From Lama glama (lineage: Eukaryota), in contig CM052817.1 in the NCBI GenBank assembly GCA_028534125.1, forward strand, positions 107,634,001 through 107,698,000: a DNA stretch of 64,000 bases, in the 5' to 3' direction. Shown piece after piece: positions 28,095-42,660 of the stretch. Positions within the stretch are counted from its first letter, which is position 1, and each line of letters starts with the position of its first letter. The position numbers and the translations under genes were made by a program. The notes beneath the pieces are model-generated. The model worked only from the letters and a program-made list of their open reading frames with translations, was not told the DNA's origin and ran no database searches.

Positions 28095-29310
28095 TTTAAT
28101 TTTTTTTCTTTTTTGTATTGAGATATAGTTGAGTATATTATATTAGTTCCAGGTTACAACATAGTGGTTCCATATTGCTATAGTTTTATACTCTATTTAA
28201 TAATATACTATTAAATACTCCATAACAAAGTTTACAAACTATGACTATATTTTCCTATGCTGTATACTGTATCTTTGTTGTTTATTTTATACATAGTAGT
28301 TTGTGGCTATCAGTCCCCTGCCCCATCTCACCCCTCCCCCTTTCTCTTCCCACTGGTAACCACAACTTTGTTCTCTATGTCCATGGACCTGTTTCTGTTT
28401 TATTGTATACATTGGTTTGTTTTATTTTTTAGATTCTACATGTAATTGATAACAGAGTGTTTGTCTTTGTCTGACTTATTTTACTAAGCATAGGATTCTG
28501 TAGGTTCCTCCATGTTCTGGCAAAGGGCAGTTTTTCATTCTTTTTTATGGATGAATAATATTCCACTGTGTATATATACACCATATCTTCTTTATCCATT
28601 CATCTGTTGATTGGCACTTAAGTTGCTTCTTTATCTTGGCTATTGTAATAATGCTGCTGTGAACATAGGAATACATGTATCTTTTCAAATTAGTGTTTTT
28701 GTTTTCTTCAGATACATACCCAGGAGTAGACTTGCTGGATCACATGGGTAGCTCTATTTTTAGTTTTTTGAGGAACCTCCATATTGTTTCCCATAGTGGC
28801 TGCACCAATTTCCAATATTACCAACAGTGTGTGAGGGTCTCATTTTCTCCACAACCTCATCAACATTTGTTATTTTCAGTCTTTTTGATGATAGCCATTC
28901 TGACAAGTGTGAGGTGATACCTCATTGTGGTTTGATTTGCATTTCTCTGATGATTAGCAAGATTGAGCATCTTTTCATGTACTGGCTGGCCATCTGTAAG
29001 TCATTTGGAAAAATGTCTATTCAGTTCTTCTTCCCATTTTTGAGGGTTCTTTGCTTTTTTGATATTGAGTTGTATAAGCTGTTCAGCAGATTGTCTTTTT
29101 GTTTGGTCAATGGTTTTCTTTTCTGTGCAAAAGCTTTTAAGTTTCATTAGGTCCCTTTTGTTTATTTTCTTCCTTTCTCCCTCCCTCTCTCCATCTTTCT
29201 TTCTTTCTTTTTTTCTTTCTTTCTTTCTTTCTTTCTTCCTTCCTTCCTTCCTTCCTTCCTTTCTTTCTTTCTTTCTTTCTTCCTTCCTTTCTTTCTTCCT
29301 TTCTTTCTTC

Positions 29311-29377
<67 letters not shown>

Positions 29378-30340
29378 TCCTTCCTTCTTTCTTTCCTTCT
29401 TTTCTTTCCTTCTTTTCTTTCTTTCTTTCTTTCCCTAGGAAACAAGTTCAAATCACAGAGCTATGATTTATGTCAAAGAGTGTTCTACCTATGTTCTCTT
29501 CTAGGATTTTGATGGTTTCAGGTTATACATTTAGGTCTTTAATCTATTTTGAGTTTATTTTTGTATATGATATGAGGAAGTGTTCTAATCTCATTCTTTT
29601 CCATGTAGCTATATAGTTTTCTCAACACCACGTGTTGAAGAGCCTGTCTTTTCTCCTTTGTGTATTCTTGCCTCCTTCGTCATGGATTAATTTGCTGTAG
29701 GTGTGTGGGTTTATTTCGGGGCTGCTTTCTGTTCCATTGATCTCTGTGTCTGTTTTTGTGCCAGTACAACAATATTTTGATTACCACAGCTTTGTGGTAT
29801 AGTCTGAAGTCAGGGAGCAAGATACTTCCAGCTGTGTTCCTTTTTCTCAAGGTTGCTTTGACGATTCAGGGCATTTTGTGGTTCCATATAAATTTGAGGA
29901 TTATTTGTTCTACTTCTGTGAAAAATATCCTGGGTAATTTGATAAGGATTGCATTAAATTTGTAGATTGCCTTGGGCAGTGTGGCCATTTTAACAACATT
30001 AATTCTTCCAGTCCAAGAGCGTGGGGTATCTTTCCATTCCCTTGTATAATCTCCCAGTTCCTTCATCAGTGTTTTATAGTTTTCAGCATGTAGGTCATTC
30101 TCCTCCTTGGTTAAGTTTATTCCTAGGTGTTTTATTTTTTTTTGATATAATTGTGAATGAGTTTGTTTCTTTAATTTCTCTTTCTGAAAGTTTATTTTTA
30201 GTATATAAGAAAACAACAGATATCTATATATTAATCTTATATCCTGCAACTTTACTGAATTCATATTTTAGTTCTAATAGTTTTTTTTTTTATTTTGGGT
30301 GGGAGCGTTAGCATTTTCTATATGTAGTATCATGTCATCT
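28095..30340 (-). mobile_element. ~2.2 kb 5'-truncated L1 with degenerate ORF2
   Basis: ORF 29866-30264 reads [12 protein letters not shown]...NYKTLMKE...[30 protein letters not shown]...LKFIWNHK, L1 ORF2 downstream of the RT core. It continues into an L1 3'UTR. Confidence 0.95.
29165..29435. repeat. (TTTC)n/(TTCC)n polypyrimidine microsatellite inside the L1
   Basis: About 270 nt of almost pure pyrimidines. Confidence 0.97.
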
Positions 30341-32341
30341 TTCAGCTACACATTTTAAGAATTTTCCACATTTTCTAAAATGAGTAGACTTACTTTTAAT
30401 TGCTTTTAAACTATGAAACAAGCATTTCTAAAGGGAAGAGAAACAGCCCAGAAGTTGTTACCTGTTTCAGTTGTTTTTGTGCATCATTTCCTCATTTCTC
30501 TGAGGGCCTTGTATGAATTGCTGAGGCGAATGCTGGCCTGTCTCGTGTATTGGCTTGTGTTGTTGAAGTTCAGTGTCAGATTTCAACTCCCTCTGAACGC
30601 TTCCTGACCCTAAGAATGCAAAGCGCTATCTGCGGACGACTTTGTTCCAAAAACACTGACCGATAAAAGCCTCTTGGTCGATCTGGATAAGTCTGAAATG
30701 CCCGTGTCTTTGAAAGCCCTGTTGTGTCTTCCATGCACATTTGGTTACGCTGGTTTATACATGTCTCCCATTGCACAATGGACTGCTTTTCCCTCGAATT
30801 TATTATTACTATTTTTTAAATTGGCATACCATTTGGAGCATATACGTTTAAAATTGTGTTTATCTGATATCTAAGATAATTAGGTCCCAGCAACCCCAGA
30901 TCATTTAGTAAAATAAAACCAAACAAAAAGGATGAAGATAACAATTAAGTTCTTTAGTTATGGCTTATGTTTCTTCTCTATTTTTCTCTTAATTGTACAC
31001 CAATGACTATAGCCTGTTTTCCACAATCTAAAGGACATTCTATGTGCCCTGGCCTAAATTGGAAGGCCAAAAGGAGGAAGATTTTTATTTTGAACAAAAC
31101 AGGAAAGTAGGTGATTAGAATGATTAAGTGAATGCTATTGAAATTATCGAGGTTGCTGTAACACCACATTCAAGAATGGTTAGAGAGGGTGACCGTTTCT
31201 TGTATTAAAGACCAGAGATAAGAACTCAGTGAGAAGGCAAACCAGCAAGGGGGTAAAATAAATGTCTTTAACAAAAAAACAAACAGTTATAGAATGAGAA
31301 CCTCTCAGGTTACTTAGAAGAGCTTTAAAAATCCCTGTGCTGTCTTGACATTCCAGCCATAATTTCAGTCTTCTATAGTCCAGGCCTGTTGAGAATGAGT
31401 TAAATGGGTTTTTTTTTTTTTCAGATCTTTGTCTCTTAGTTGTTGTTTTTTCCCAAGGCACCATTCTGATTTTTCAGTTACAAGCGAAGCTGGTTTACCT
31501 CACCTCACCTCTCAGTGACTTCATTTGGCAGACGTGGGGGCTTGAGAGTGATCTTTTGGTTTTAAGTTTAAAGCGTCATTTCATGTTGTTTACCAATGAA
31601 ATTTCTAAACCGTCCAGAATGAGGCAACAACATTTGAGTGATCAATTTTTGGAAAAGTCACCCATGCACAGGCAGTTGAAGAAATGACATTTACTTAAAC
31701 TTTGTGAGGCTGTGACCTCACCTGTAAGTGAATAAATCATCCATCACCCGGAGCACCACTGTTTCTATCAGAAAAGAAGAAAAAATCCTCCTGCTTCTTT
31801 TTTCTTTCTTTGGAGTTTATAGTTGCTGGTGTGAACCATACAATTTCACTGTTAAATTTGAGACTTCTAAAAATCCCTTCTCTTCCTGACATCATGCTGT
31901 GGCCTTAGAAAATCAGACAGTTGTTTTTACAAATAGAGAGCAGCTCCACTCAGACACTGAATAGACAATTATAAATGTCTGGATTCTTTCCTTTTTCAGG
32001 GCGGCTGCTTTTAGATGTGGAAGAAAACCACATTAACCAGAGGACATTGTTATTGGTGGTTAGTGGTCTATTCCTGCCACATCTGTAAGGCATCTTGTTT
32101 AAAAAAACAAAACCAAAAAACCAAACTTTTCTCTCCTTGTCGAACAATAACATTCTGTGTTACAAGACTTCTATCAGGAAGTATTGAGTTATAAAAATAT
32201 TAAATGTTTAGAAGACAAAGGATTGTGCACTAACGTTCTGTTATAAAACTTGTACCAGGAAGCATCACTGAGGTATAAAAGGACCATTCATGTCGTCTGA
32301 TCACACTGCGGCACGTCGCAGGTGACAGTGTGACGCTGTAA

Positions 32342-32695
<354 letters not shown>

Positions 32696-32884
32696 TGAAG
32701 GAGTTTTCTGCACCTTGAGTTTTTATGAAGCCAGGGTTTAGGTTCTGGAATGCTGTATTTAGCAAGCATAGTACCCCATCACAAGATGTTATATCCTTTT
32801 GGGAAATACTCAGAAATGTCCGTTAGCCCTTTCATTACATGCTGAATAAGTACTTCCTCAGCACTTCACTCCTGCAATAGTCGT

Positions 32885-33060
32885 ACCCATTATAGATACG
32901 AGTTATTGAGGTAGCCCATCGACGGTTCTCCAAGGTGAGTGTTCTTGCCTGACTTGGGAGGCAAGTAAGTGAACTGAAGTTTGGTGAGGTTGAGTAACTC
33001 ACCCAGGTTCTTACAACTACTGAAAGCCGGGGCTGGGATTCCTGGGGTCTGCTGACAGTC
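32885..33060 (-). mobile_element. MIR
   Basis: gaactgaagtttggtgaggttgagtaactcacccagg...gctgggattc. Confidence 0.55.
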
Positions 33061-33244
33061 AAAGTTTGCCTTATTTCTGTTATTCCGCACCGTTTCAACG
33101 GTCACTTGGCCACCTAGCTTACAGCCACTGTTTCCTCTGTTTTCCTTCCAGTAATTTTTTGCCAATATTTTATTACAACTAGACATTAGAGAATTATAAA
33201 TATTGGCCATCTACATAAGTGAGTGATTCAATGTTTTGCAGGTT

Positions 33245-33790
33245 TCTTTTTTTTTTCCTTTCACATTTTTCAAAATTGAAGTATAGTCAGTTTACAATGT
33301 TGTGTCAATTTCTGGTGTACAGCATCATGTTTCAGTCCTACATAGACATACATAGATTCGTTTTCATGTTCTTTTTCATTATAGGTTATTACAAGATATT
33401 GAATATAGTTCCCTGTGCTATACAGTTTATCTATTTTATATATAGTAGTTAGTGTCTGCACGTCTCAAACTCCCAATTTATCCCTTTCCACCCCCTTCCT
33501 CACTTGGTAACCGTAAGTTTGTTTTCTATGACTGTGTTTCTGTTTTGTAAATAAGTTTATTTGTGCCTTTTAAAAGAAATTCTACATATGGTATTTTTCT
33601 TTCTCTTTCTGACTTACTTCACTTAGAATGATGACCTCCATTTCCACCCATGTTGCTGCAAATGGCATTATTTTATTCTTTTTTTTTTGGCTGAGTAGTA
33701 TTTCATGGTGTAAATATACCACAGCTTCTTTATCCAGTCCTCTGTTGGTGGATATTTAGGTTGTTTCCATATCTTGGCTATTGTAAATAG
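33245..33790 (-). mobile_element. L1 3' fragment
   Basis: aaattgaagtatagtcagtttacaatgttg...atgttgctgcaaatggcatt...cttggctattgtaaatag. Confidence 0.92.
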
Positions 33791-33791
33791 C

Positions 33792-33836
33792 CTTATAACT
33801 TATAACTCTTATCTTATAACTCTTATAACTCTTATC
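33792..33836. repeat. Short tandem repeat of (CTTATAACT)-like units at the L1 5' junction
   Basis: cttataacttataactcttatcttataactcttataactcttatc. Confidence 0.85.
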
Positions 33837-34964
33837 TCCTTTCGGTAAAGATCTCATGACTCTCCCTACACCCTCATTCCAATTATGACCTTCCTTCCTC
33901 CTTTTTAGAAAAGCTGGTTTTCTGTAGTTGTCATGTTAATTAGTATTTTGTGGCAATTTAGGACTGCCTTCGCACATGTGCAAAACATTCTCCTTATGTT
34001 AATTCTTGTGTGTATGTGTGTGTGTGACATTTCAGCAAAGAACCAGAGGGAGACAAAAATGTAAGAAGAAAATCAGTTTGGTGCAGAGTCAGTGTGGGAT
34101 CGAGAATTTCCGAGATGGAGGGGATGACCTCTGGTATCTGTTCTGCAAAGCCCCCAGCGAGAACTGAGCCTGAGAGCAGGCTACTTGGTTTGGCAAGCAG
34201 GTCATCAGGAGTCACCAAATACTCACGAAAATACAGCTAAGCAGCTCAGGCTGGTTTGAAGCTCTATATGTGTATTATTATTCCATTTCATTAGCACACT
34301 CACTCTGTGAGGTAGGCAACCTTTCTCCATTTTACAGGCAGGGACACTGAGGCATAAAGAGGTTATTATCAAGAACTGTGAAGACTCTGAGGTCTTACTC
34401 TTCCTGCAAGCTGACACGTAGCTAGCCACAGGTTCATAAAAGACAGAAGGCTTCCAGCTCAGAGACAAATGACTTTGTTAGTCATGTTGCTTTGCCCTTC
34501 GAGTCCCACTGGGTGATATGAGGTGGCCCTCATGAATGCTGTATATGGTGGGTTTTTGTACATTTTGAGAAACTCTAAGCCTAGGAAACCCCAATCTTCT
34601 AAGAGTTACTAGCAAACCTGCCCAACATTTGCCCCAGAAGCTGACATTATCTTTATTATCTTGGTCAGGAAACAAATCTGTCTTCCAATTCTCCAGCAGG
34701 AGACACTCTTTATATCTTCCAAAGCTGTTTGCTCTACTGACATCCTTGAAGAGAGCATGCAGAACAAAACTTGATATAAGATGTGCAGAAATGCCTTCGA
34801 GAATTGTTTCTTAACAGTTTCCTGTCTTACCTGGCTAACGTGGATGCCATCATTTTAACTATTACTGTATAACAATTACCAAGTCGTCCTTAGTTTAATG
34901 AAAGAAGTTGGTGTGATAAAATGTAGTAGCAAAAATATGGAGAAAGAATAAAGATTTCAAGGAT

Positions 34965-35260
34965 TAAATAGACTCACAGACATAGAAAACAAGTTATGGT
35001 TACCAAAAGGGAAAGATGGGGGGAGAGAGAACTTGGCAATTTGGGATTAACATATGTACACTACTGTATATAAAATAGATAAACAACAAGGTCTTACTGT
35101 ATAGCACAGGGAACTCTACTTAACACCTTATAATAGCCTATAATGGAAAAGAATCTGAAAAAGAATATATATATATTTTTTATATATATATATTATATAT
35201 ATAAATAAATCTATTGAAAAATCCCTATATAGAATCTCTATATAAAGTCATATATATATA
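34965..35260 (+). mobile_element. L1 3' fragment (sense) with (TA)n tail
   Basis: agactcacagacatagaaaacaagttatggttacc...tatagcacagggaact...aatggaaaagaatctgaaaaagaatatat. Confidence 0.9.
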
Positions 35261-35637
35261 TGAGGGAAGCTACAGCTATCCTTCAACCAATGAAGATGTA
35301 TTTTTGCAACATCTATGGTGTGTTTTACTGTAGAAAACCACCACAGGGGTCACAAAGTAGTGTTAAGATGGTCACCCTCTCTACCCCTAGAAGATGACTT
35401 AGTTAGGAAAATATACTGTATAAAACAAAAGTATAGCTCCATGTAAAAATGGGTGGCTGAAATTATATACGTTCTTAGTGTTACAAGTCAAAAGAAGACT
35501 TTGCTGCAAAACTAGATAGTGAAGGAGAAAGTCTGAGTAGGATTGTAGGCTGTAAATGAGAAAGAAGATGGAAAAAACATGAGAAAGAAGATACATAGGA
35601 CTGGCACTGTTCATGCAACATTGAAGGCATCCTAAAT

Positions 35638-35951
35638 CAGGCGCAGCTCAGAGAGATTTTGGGGTCGGTTTCAGACTGCTACAATAAAACAAATATTGCA
35701 GTAAAGTGAGTCACGCAAAGTTTTAGGTTTCCCAGTGCATGTAAAAATTACGTTTACAGTATATTATAATCTCTTCAGGGTGCAGTAGCATTATGTCTAA
35801 AAAAACCAATATATTCGTCTTAATTAAAACATAATGCTGCTGGGAAATTGCTCCGATAGACTTACCCCATAGACTTCCTTGATGAAGAGTTGCCACAAAC
35901 CAACTTGTAAAAAGCGCAATGACTGGAACATGCGATAAAAATGTTCGCCTG
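35638..35951. mobile_element. Internally deleted Tigger1-type MITE (Tigger1a-like)
   Basis: Termini CAGGCGcagctc...ttcGCCTG are imperfect inverted repeats. Internal ggtttcagactgctacaataaaacaaatattgc...gagtcac matches the Tigger1 end. Confidence 0.8.
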
Positions 35952-36244
35952 TGTACTATTTGTCTGAAGCAGTTATGTAAGGGAGTAGTGATGCTCCCTG
36001 CCTGTGAGAGTTATGCTAGAACATTGAGGAAGAGAGCTATTTTCACAGAGTAGAGTTACTTTGTAACTCTCTCTGCGCATCACCCTGACTCAGCAGGAGC
36101 AAATCCCCGCTGAGTCTCCCCCCGCGTGCATTAGCGGTTTTATCATTGCCATGTCTATTTTCTGTGGTCTTGAGGAGGTATCTGGGCACATGGAATTGCT
36201 ATTATAATGTTTCAAATCCGTAAATTAATACTATTAATAACCTC

Positions 36245-36470
36245 ACCATCATATAACACTTGCTATGTGCCTGGCACTGTTCTAAGCACTTGGTTCTAAG
36301 CACTAAAATACGAACTTATTTAATTCTCCTATCAACTATAAAGTAAAAACTATTATTTCTCTTTCAGAGATGAGGAAGTCAAGAGAAAGAGAAATTAAGT
36401 AACTTGGCATGGCTGGTATGCAACAGAACCTGCAGTCACACTCAGGAGTTCCGTTTTAAGAGACAAATCC
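36245..36470 (-). mobile_element. MIR with a small internal tandem duplication (gttctaagcact x2)
   Basis: ctatgtgcctggcactgttctaagcact...gatgaggaagtc...aagtaacttg. Confidence 0.75.
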
Positions 36471-37089
36471 CCTACGATGCCTCTTCCTACTCCTTTGGTG
36501 GGGAGACGGCACTGCTGTCATCCAATTTTCCAAGTCAGATGTTTAGAGTCATTCAGGGGCTTCACAGTACTTACCTTCCATTCATACAGTGACCAAATCC
36601 TTCATATCCACCCCAATCCATCTTGTCTCAGGGATAGCTGGTGCCTCACCTGAGTTCAGACTTTAACCAGCTATCACCCGATGACTCCCTCCAGTGCCCT
36701 CAAACCATAGGAGCCAAGATCACCTTTGGTCTGAGACACTGGGCATCGGCTGCTGCTGCCCGAGCAGGAGCTGAGCCTCTGGGTAGGTCAGCTCTGTCTG
36801 TGGTCTGCCCTCTGCTCCTGATGCCTGGGGCAGGGGCGGGGGGTGAGGGAAGGGGTCTTCCTCATCCTTGGTAATCCCTGAGGATGGGATCTCTGACCTG
36901 CCCAACTTCAGACACCAAGACTGGAGTTCCTAACTTTGGATCCTGTTGAAGCACTGAAAATCGAAGTCCGAAGTTACTCTGATCGTTAAGAATTCATTTA
37001 GTTACCGTTTACAGAAGTTTATCAAGCTGTATATACACAGATAGCTTTGTGAGAAGGCACTTATTTTTTTTTAATCCATCCAACGTTTA

Positions 37090-37480
37090 TTTACTTCCCA
37101 CAGTAACAGACAAAAGGCCAACTTCCCCAGATGTTGCTGTGTTTTGCAGTTCCACCAGGAAGGTATGAGAGTGCCTGTTTCCTGTCTTTTGCCAGCTTTG
37201 GGAAGTGGAAGACTGATTTTTTTTTCCCGTTTTTATGGAGGATAGGGGAGTTTTGTACATGTTTTGAGTTCATATATTACTAGTGAGGCTGAGGATTTTG
37301 TATTTTCAAATATTGATGATTTGCATTTGTTTTCTGTGAATTGCCTGTTTGAATCATTGATCTTTTTTTTATTGCATTCCATAACTTTTTTCTTATTGAT
37401 TTATAAAAACATTTTTAATACCATGAGGATGAGCCATGATCCAGTCCCAAATGTCTCAAATAATTTCTCTTAGTTTGCTG
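37090..37480 (-). mobile_element. Old L1 (L1M) fragment
   Basis: cagttccaccagga...gtatgagagtgcctgtttcc...tctgtgaattgcctgttt. Confidence 0.6.
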
Positions 37481-38189
37481 GTTTTCTTTGGACTTTGCTA
37501 ATAGTAGATTTTGCTCCAGAGCAATTTTATATTTTTTGTAAGATCATATTTCATTTACTCTTTTTCACTCCCCATGTTGAGCCTCATACAGTGTTTATAG
37601 AGAGATGTTTATTGAAAATGTTTACTGAAAAAGTAAATGAAGAAAAGAACAAACTTAGGTCATTTTTCATGAGTACCATAATAGTTATCTTTTATACAAT
37701 AATCTTTCTCATCAATTATGCTGAAATATTTAAAGTCAAAATATATGCCTTACTTAAATGGCATTTGGGAGTGTGTTGGGTTGTACTGGATGGGTTTTGT
37801 GAGCAGTCTTAGAAAAGTTATGCCTGAAGCAAACCAAAGTCACGAGATCTAGGGCACCACAGCAAGGCGAGGGAACACAGAACGCAGTTGTTAATTTTCT
37901 GTACACAACACTCTTTGTGTTTCACCCAGTTAACAAATCCACATTCACAAAGGCTATGCCATTTTCCTGGGTCTGTAAAATGTGACGGAGGCACAAGTAA
38001 CCTTTTATTCTTGAAGCCTGGGGCGTGAACTGAGTAGATAAAAATTTGCTTACATTAGGACGACGAAGAGGGGTATTCTAGAGAGCGTTGGAGTTTCCAA
38101 GGCTTGGTCAAATTTTTTTCGAAAGATTAAATAACAGAAGAAGATTTAAGAGGTAGAAAACTTGCTTTTTGACCTCGGATATAGTCTGT

Positions 38190-38450
38190 ATAATAGGTAG
38201 GAATTGAGATTCTGGAGCCAGCCTGCTAAACTTGAATTCCAACTGCCAATAACTAATTTTTTTTTTTTGTTTTAACATTGAGAAGTTCCTTCAACGCTCT
38301 CTGCCTTGGTTTCCTCATCTGTAAAATAAGGATAATAATATCATTTATCTAGAGGGCTATTGAGAAGATTCAATACTTTTATATGTGTAAAGCATTTAGA
38401 ATAATGCTTGTTGCACTGTAGAATAATGCCCAGTGAGTATTTCATATTAA
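38190..38450 (+). mobile_element. MIR
   Basis: ctctctgccttggtttcctcatctgtaaaataaggataata...gtaaagcatttagaa. Confidence 0.8.
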
Positions 38451-40860
38451 TTAAGAAATTGATCATCCAGAAATAATAGTAGAGGTAAATATCAATATAA
38501 AAATTAAAATATTTTATCATTATTTTTACTGTAAATTATTCCTAAACCATTTCATTCTTTCCATTCTTCTGTACTTTCATACTTACATGCTAGGTTTTAG
38601 CCTACTAAGTTTTAATTATTTTTGACTAGTCTGTCTTCTTTAATAAGCTGTGAATTTCTCAAGGGCAAGTTCCTGTCTTGTTCAACTTTGTAACCTTTCA
38701 AGTTACAGCAGCATGTCTGAAAATGTCACAGTTACTCAGGGCATTGTGGGTCTTTTTTTTTTTTTTTTGATCAAAGAAAACTACCTAGTTACATTAAGAT
38801 ATTAAATCCAAAGTGTCAAAAAGTGTTAAAAAGGAAAGAAAGAAAAGAGTACTTGCAGTAAAGAGGTAAAGTTTTGTTAAAGGAAGGAAATGAGAAGTTT
38901 AGCAAATGAGAAATCAAATGAATAGAAAAAACTTAATATTTTTACTATTTAATAAACATTCGTCCCTATATTTATATTTTCTGTTTACTTGATGAGAAAT
39001 TAAGCAGTATTTCCACGGAGGGGGACCAGCAGAGAGGTGTCTTGGGAGCTGTTTGCTTCCACCATCAAGAAAGTAAGTTTCACATAGATCTCCCCACCTG
39101 GGTTTGACAGACGCTTTTCGAGGTCTTCTCTGTCCCAGACACTCAGCAGGCTTAGTGCTGGTGCTCAAAAGATGACTAACATCACCTATCTCTCTGCCTA
39201 TATAAGAGTTACGCAGTCTAATAGGGGAGAGATCATCACAGCAGAGTGTCTCAGGTGTAATAACCCAGTTTAGCGTCCTAAGGAAACAGGTGAAGTGCTG
39301 TTAGTTCTTGTGGCACTTGAGGCAAAAGAGTGTGGATGGAGAATGTGACATTTCACCAGAAACTGAAGGCCTTGCAGAAATCAGGAGGGCACAAGAGTCA
39401 GGAAGGGAGTTTGAGAGAGAAGGCTTCTAACAAAGGACCGGAAGTGAGGACACGTTCACTGAGTGGGAGAAACGGCCCTTGTGGAAGCTTGCTATTCCAC
39501 GAGGTCATTGGCTCCCAGATGTCCGCGAGTTATGAACTTATGTTCGTAAATGCAATAAGCAACAATATGCACTGGCACGCCTGGCCCCCTAGACTTGTCT
39601 CTCCTAACTTTCACCTGGCTGCTTATGATTTAGTTCCTCAGTATAATGAATTTGATTGATCTAGGGTCTTAATCCTTAATCTATTTCCTCCCCCTCTTGA
39701 TTCTGTGGGTCCTTTTTTTTTTCTCTTAATGGTGTGACAGAATGAAAGTAAAATTTCCAACCAACTGTCATCTAAACAAGAGGACACATTGCTTTTCATT
39801 AAAAAGGAATTGTTTTTGTAGGAACGTTCTATATGTTTAGCAAAAAAAGATTCTGGGGTAGATAATGACCATCTTCCAGAGACCCTGTCCTCTTAACCCT
39901 CCTACCCAGTGATCAAGGGTCTCGCTTCCAACTTTTAGAGGTCAGTGAGGAAAAGCACACACAGGCAGGTGCTCTGACAGGGTCCCAGACACTGGGATTT
40001 CAAATCTAGAATTTGGGTCAGTTTTGTTGTTTTGTAGAATTAGCACCTGCCAGTCTAAATGGCTTCGAGCCCTGTATTTATTGGTCAGTCCAAAGAAGCA
40101 GATCACATAGCATCCCATTCACTTGCTAGCAAGTAATGAGGGGTGATGCAGTCAGACACTGTCTTGGCTTCAAGTCGCCAAGAGAGTCTGGGATTAGCTT
40201 TGGCAATATTGGTTGGCATGCTGCATCGGCTGGGATCTGGGGAGCAAGGATTGCCAAGGATGAGAGGATGTGAGAACATTACATTCCTGCTTTTTATTTT
40301 TTGTTGAAAAATCACAGTGGTTGGTTTGATTATGGAGGGTTGTTTACCAAGGCAAAAGGACATGGGGGAATGTGTCATTCTAAGCTTTAAAAATGACACA
40401 CTTCAAACTTTGCAGATCTGCCTGGGCTAAGTGCTGAAATATATTGTAGGTAACTATAAAAGTGTCATTCTGTAAAACTAAGTTTGCCCTTTTGAAATTC
40501 AAAAGCCTGCCTTTGACATAGCTTCTACTATATAAATGTTCACATGATCACCGGGAGAAGTTATTTTCAGTATTAATGATGCTACAATACAGGGATTATT
40601 AAAGAGGCCTCAGAAGACTTTCCAGATTATCTTGTGACACCATAGTTTCATTCTCCTGAGTACTGCTTGCAATGCGTGAGCAAACTTGCCAGAACACATG
40701 GTATGTTTTAAGCATCTACAATGTTTTTTATTGCTTTTTATATTTATATCTGTAGAGAGAGGAAGGGAAACTTGCTTCTGATATCAAAGAATATATAGAC
40801 ATTGTTGCAGGAAAAAGGATATAAATGAAATGACTAAACCAGGCCAAGAAAGTATTTTTT

Positions 40861-41091
40861 TTTTTATTGAAGTGCAGTCAGTTACAATGTGTCAATCTTT
40901 GGTGTACATCACAATGTCCCAGTCATACATATACATACATAGATTCGTTTTCATGTTCTTTAAAGGTTCTTACAAGATATTGAATATAGTTCCTTGTTCT
41001 TCACAGAAGAAATTTGTTTTTTTAACCTGTTTGTATATATAGTAGTTGATATTTGCAAATCTCAAACTCCCAAATTTATCCCTTCCCATCC
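40861..41091 (-). mobile_element. L1 3' fragment with TSD
   Basis: Flanks are ccaagaaagtattttt (40845) and ccaagaaaatattttt (41092). Confidence 0.9.
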
Positions 41092-41809
41092 CCAAGAAAA
41101 TATTTTTATTAAAGAAGGATTTGGGCTATCTTGATATTTGTTCCAAGAAGATTTGACTTCCATTTTGATTCAAGCATTTTTATTATACAAATTTATGACA
41201 CTTTATTTTTAAAGAAGTCATCATAATTGGGGAGAGGACATCATGTTTGTGCTGGTGTAGCTAAACAAGAATTTACTTTTAACAAATCAAAGTACGACTT
41301 TTTAATTTTTGACAGAATTTTATTTCTGAGAAAAAGCACGTTGTCACATCAGCCTCTCAGACTTGAAGTCTGGGAGCACATTTGTCACCTCGTTCCCTAA
41401 CCATGGGCTTTCTCAACTTTAACCTATGTCTATTTCTGACATTACTATTTTTCAATCAGCCAGGTTTGAAATCTTTGAGTCATCCTGGCATCTTCCTTTG
41501 CTCGATGCCTCATAGTTGAGTAGCACTAAACTCTGACAGTTCTTTGAAATGCCTCCAGTCCCTTTTTCTTTTCATTTCCTGTTAATGCCACCTGGATTAG
41601 GCTCATTTATGCAGGGCAAGATGCTGTAGGAGGCTCCCGAGTGACCTCCTTGTCTCTGCCTCTGCCCCAGAGGCAATTTATTGTGTGAATCACTGCTAAA
41701 TTTATCGTCCCTACTCCCTTTTCAATCATATTGCTCCTTGAGAAAAAAAAAAATCTCTCAAGACTTCCATTTGATTGGAAAATAAAGTTTAAATGCCCTA
41801 ATGCATTGA

Positions 41810-42650
41810 AAAATGTCTTATGGAAAAACTAAACGTATACAAAAGTAGATAGAATATTACAATGAAACTTTATGTACCTGTTATATCCAAATATAACAAT
41901 TAATCAACGCATGACCAGTCTTGTTTCGGCTCTGTCTCTGCTACTTCTGATGCCCGCAGTAATTTGAAACAATCCCAGACCTCATATTCTTTCATCTGTA
42001 AATATTTCAGTATGTATCATTAGAGGACAAAACACGCAAGCACAGGACCATTATCCCACTCAAAAGAAAAATTAGGAATAATTTCAGAGAAATATGCAGT
42101 CAGTGGTCAGACTTATAATTGTCTCCCTAAATGTCTGTTTGTCTCTCTGTCTGTCTATCTATCCATCTATCTATCTACCTACCTACTTATCTATCTGTCT
42201 CACAGTTGATTTCAATCAGGATTCAAATGAAGCCTACCCTTGGTGAATGGCTGGTATGTCTTTTAATCTACAAACTCCACTCCATCACTTCTGTTTTTTC
42301 CCCTATCAGTCTACTTACTGAAGGAACCAGATCACCGGTTTTGTAGAGTTCTAGACTCTGGAGTTTGCTGGTTGCACTTCTCTGGTGACTTTGTCCTTCT
42401 GTAATCTTTGTTCCATCTACATTGGAGTCAGGCTTAGGGACTTGATCAGATTTAGATTTAATTTATTTTATCCAGACTCCTTTATAGACAGTGATGTGTT
42501 ACACTGGGAGACCCTGGTAGATGTCCAGGGAGCCAGTCTGGTCATGATAGTAGCAGCTGTTGGTGCTCAATATTAACCTCTCTAGTCACCAGGCATCGAA
42601 AAATGGGGGTATTCTAATTCTGGCATTATTTCTTCATTGATTAGTTGAAA
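41810..42650 (-). mobile_element. Ancient L1ME/MC-like fragment with a (TCTA)n microsatellite at ~42135-42200
   Basis: atacaaaagtagatagaatattacaatga...aatcccagac...aaatatttcagtatgtatc...aatcaggattcaaa. Confidence 0.6.
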
Positions 42651-42660
42651 TACTTCTTTT

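Noticed and set aside
29059..29466. KER-rich and FLS-rich ORFs
   Set aside because: Translations of the TTTC microsatellite.
29866..30264. 132-aa ORF as a host gene or active retroelement
   Set aside because: Frameshifted fragment of ORF2 from a 5'-truncated L1.
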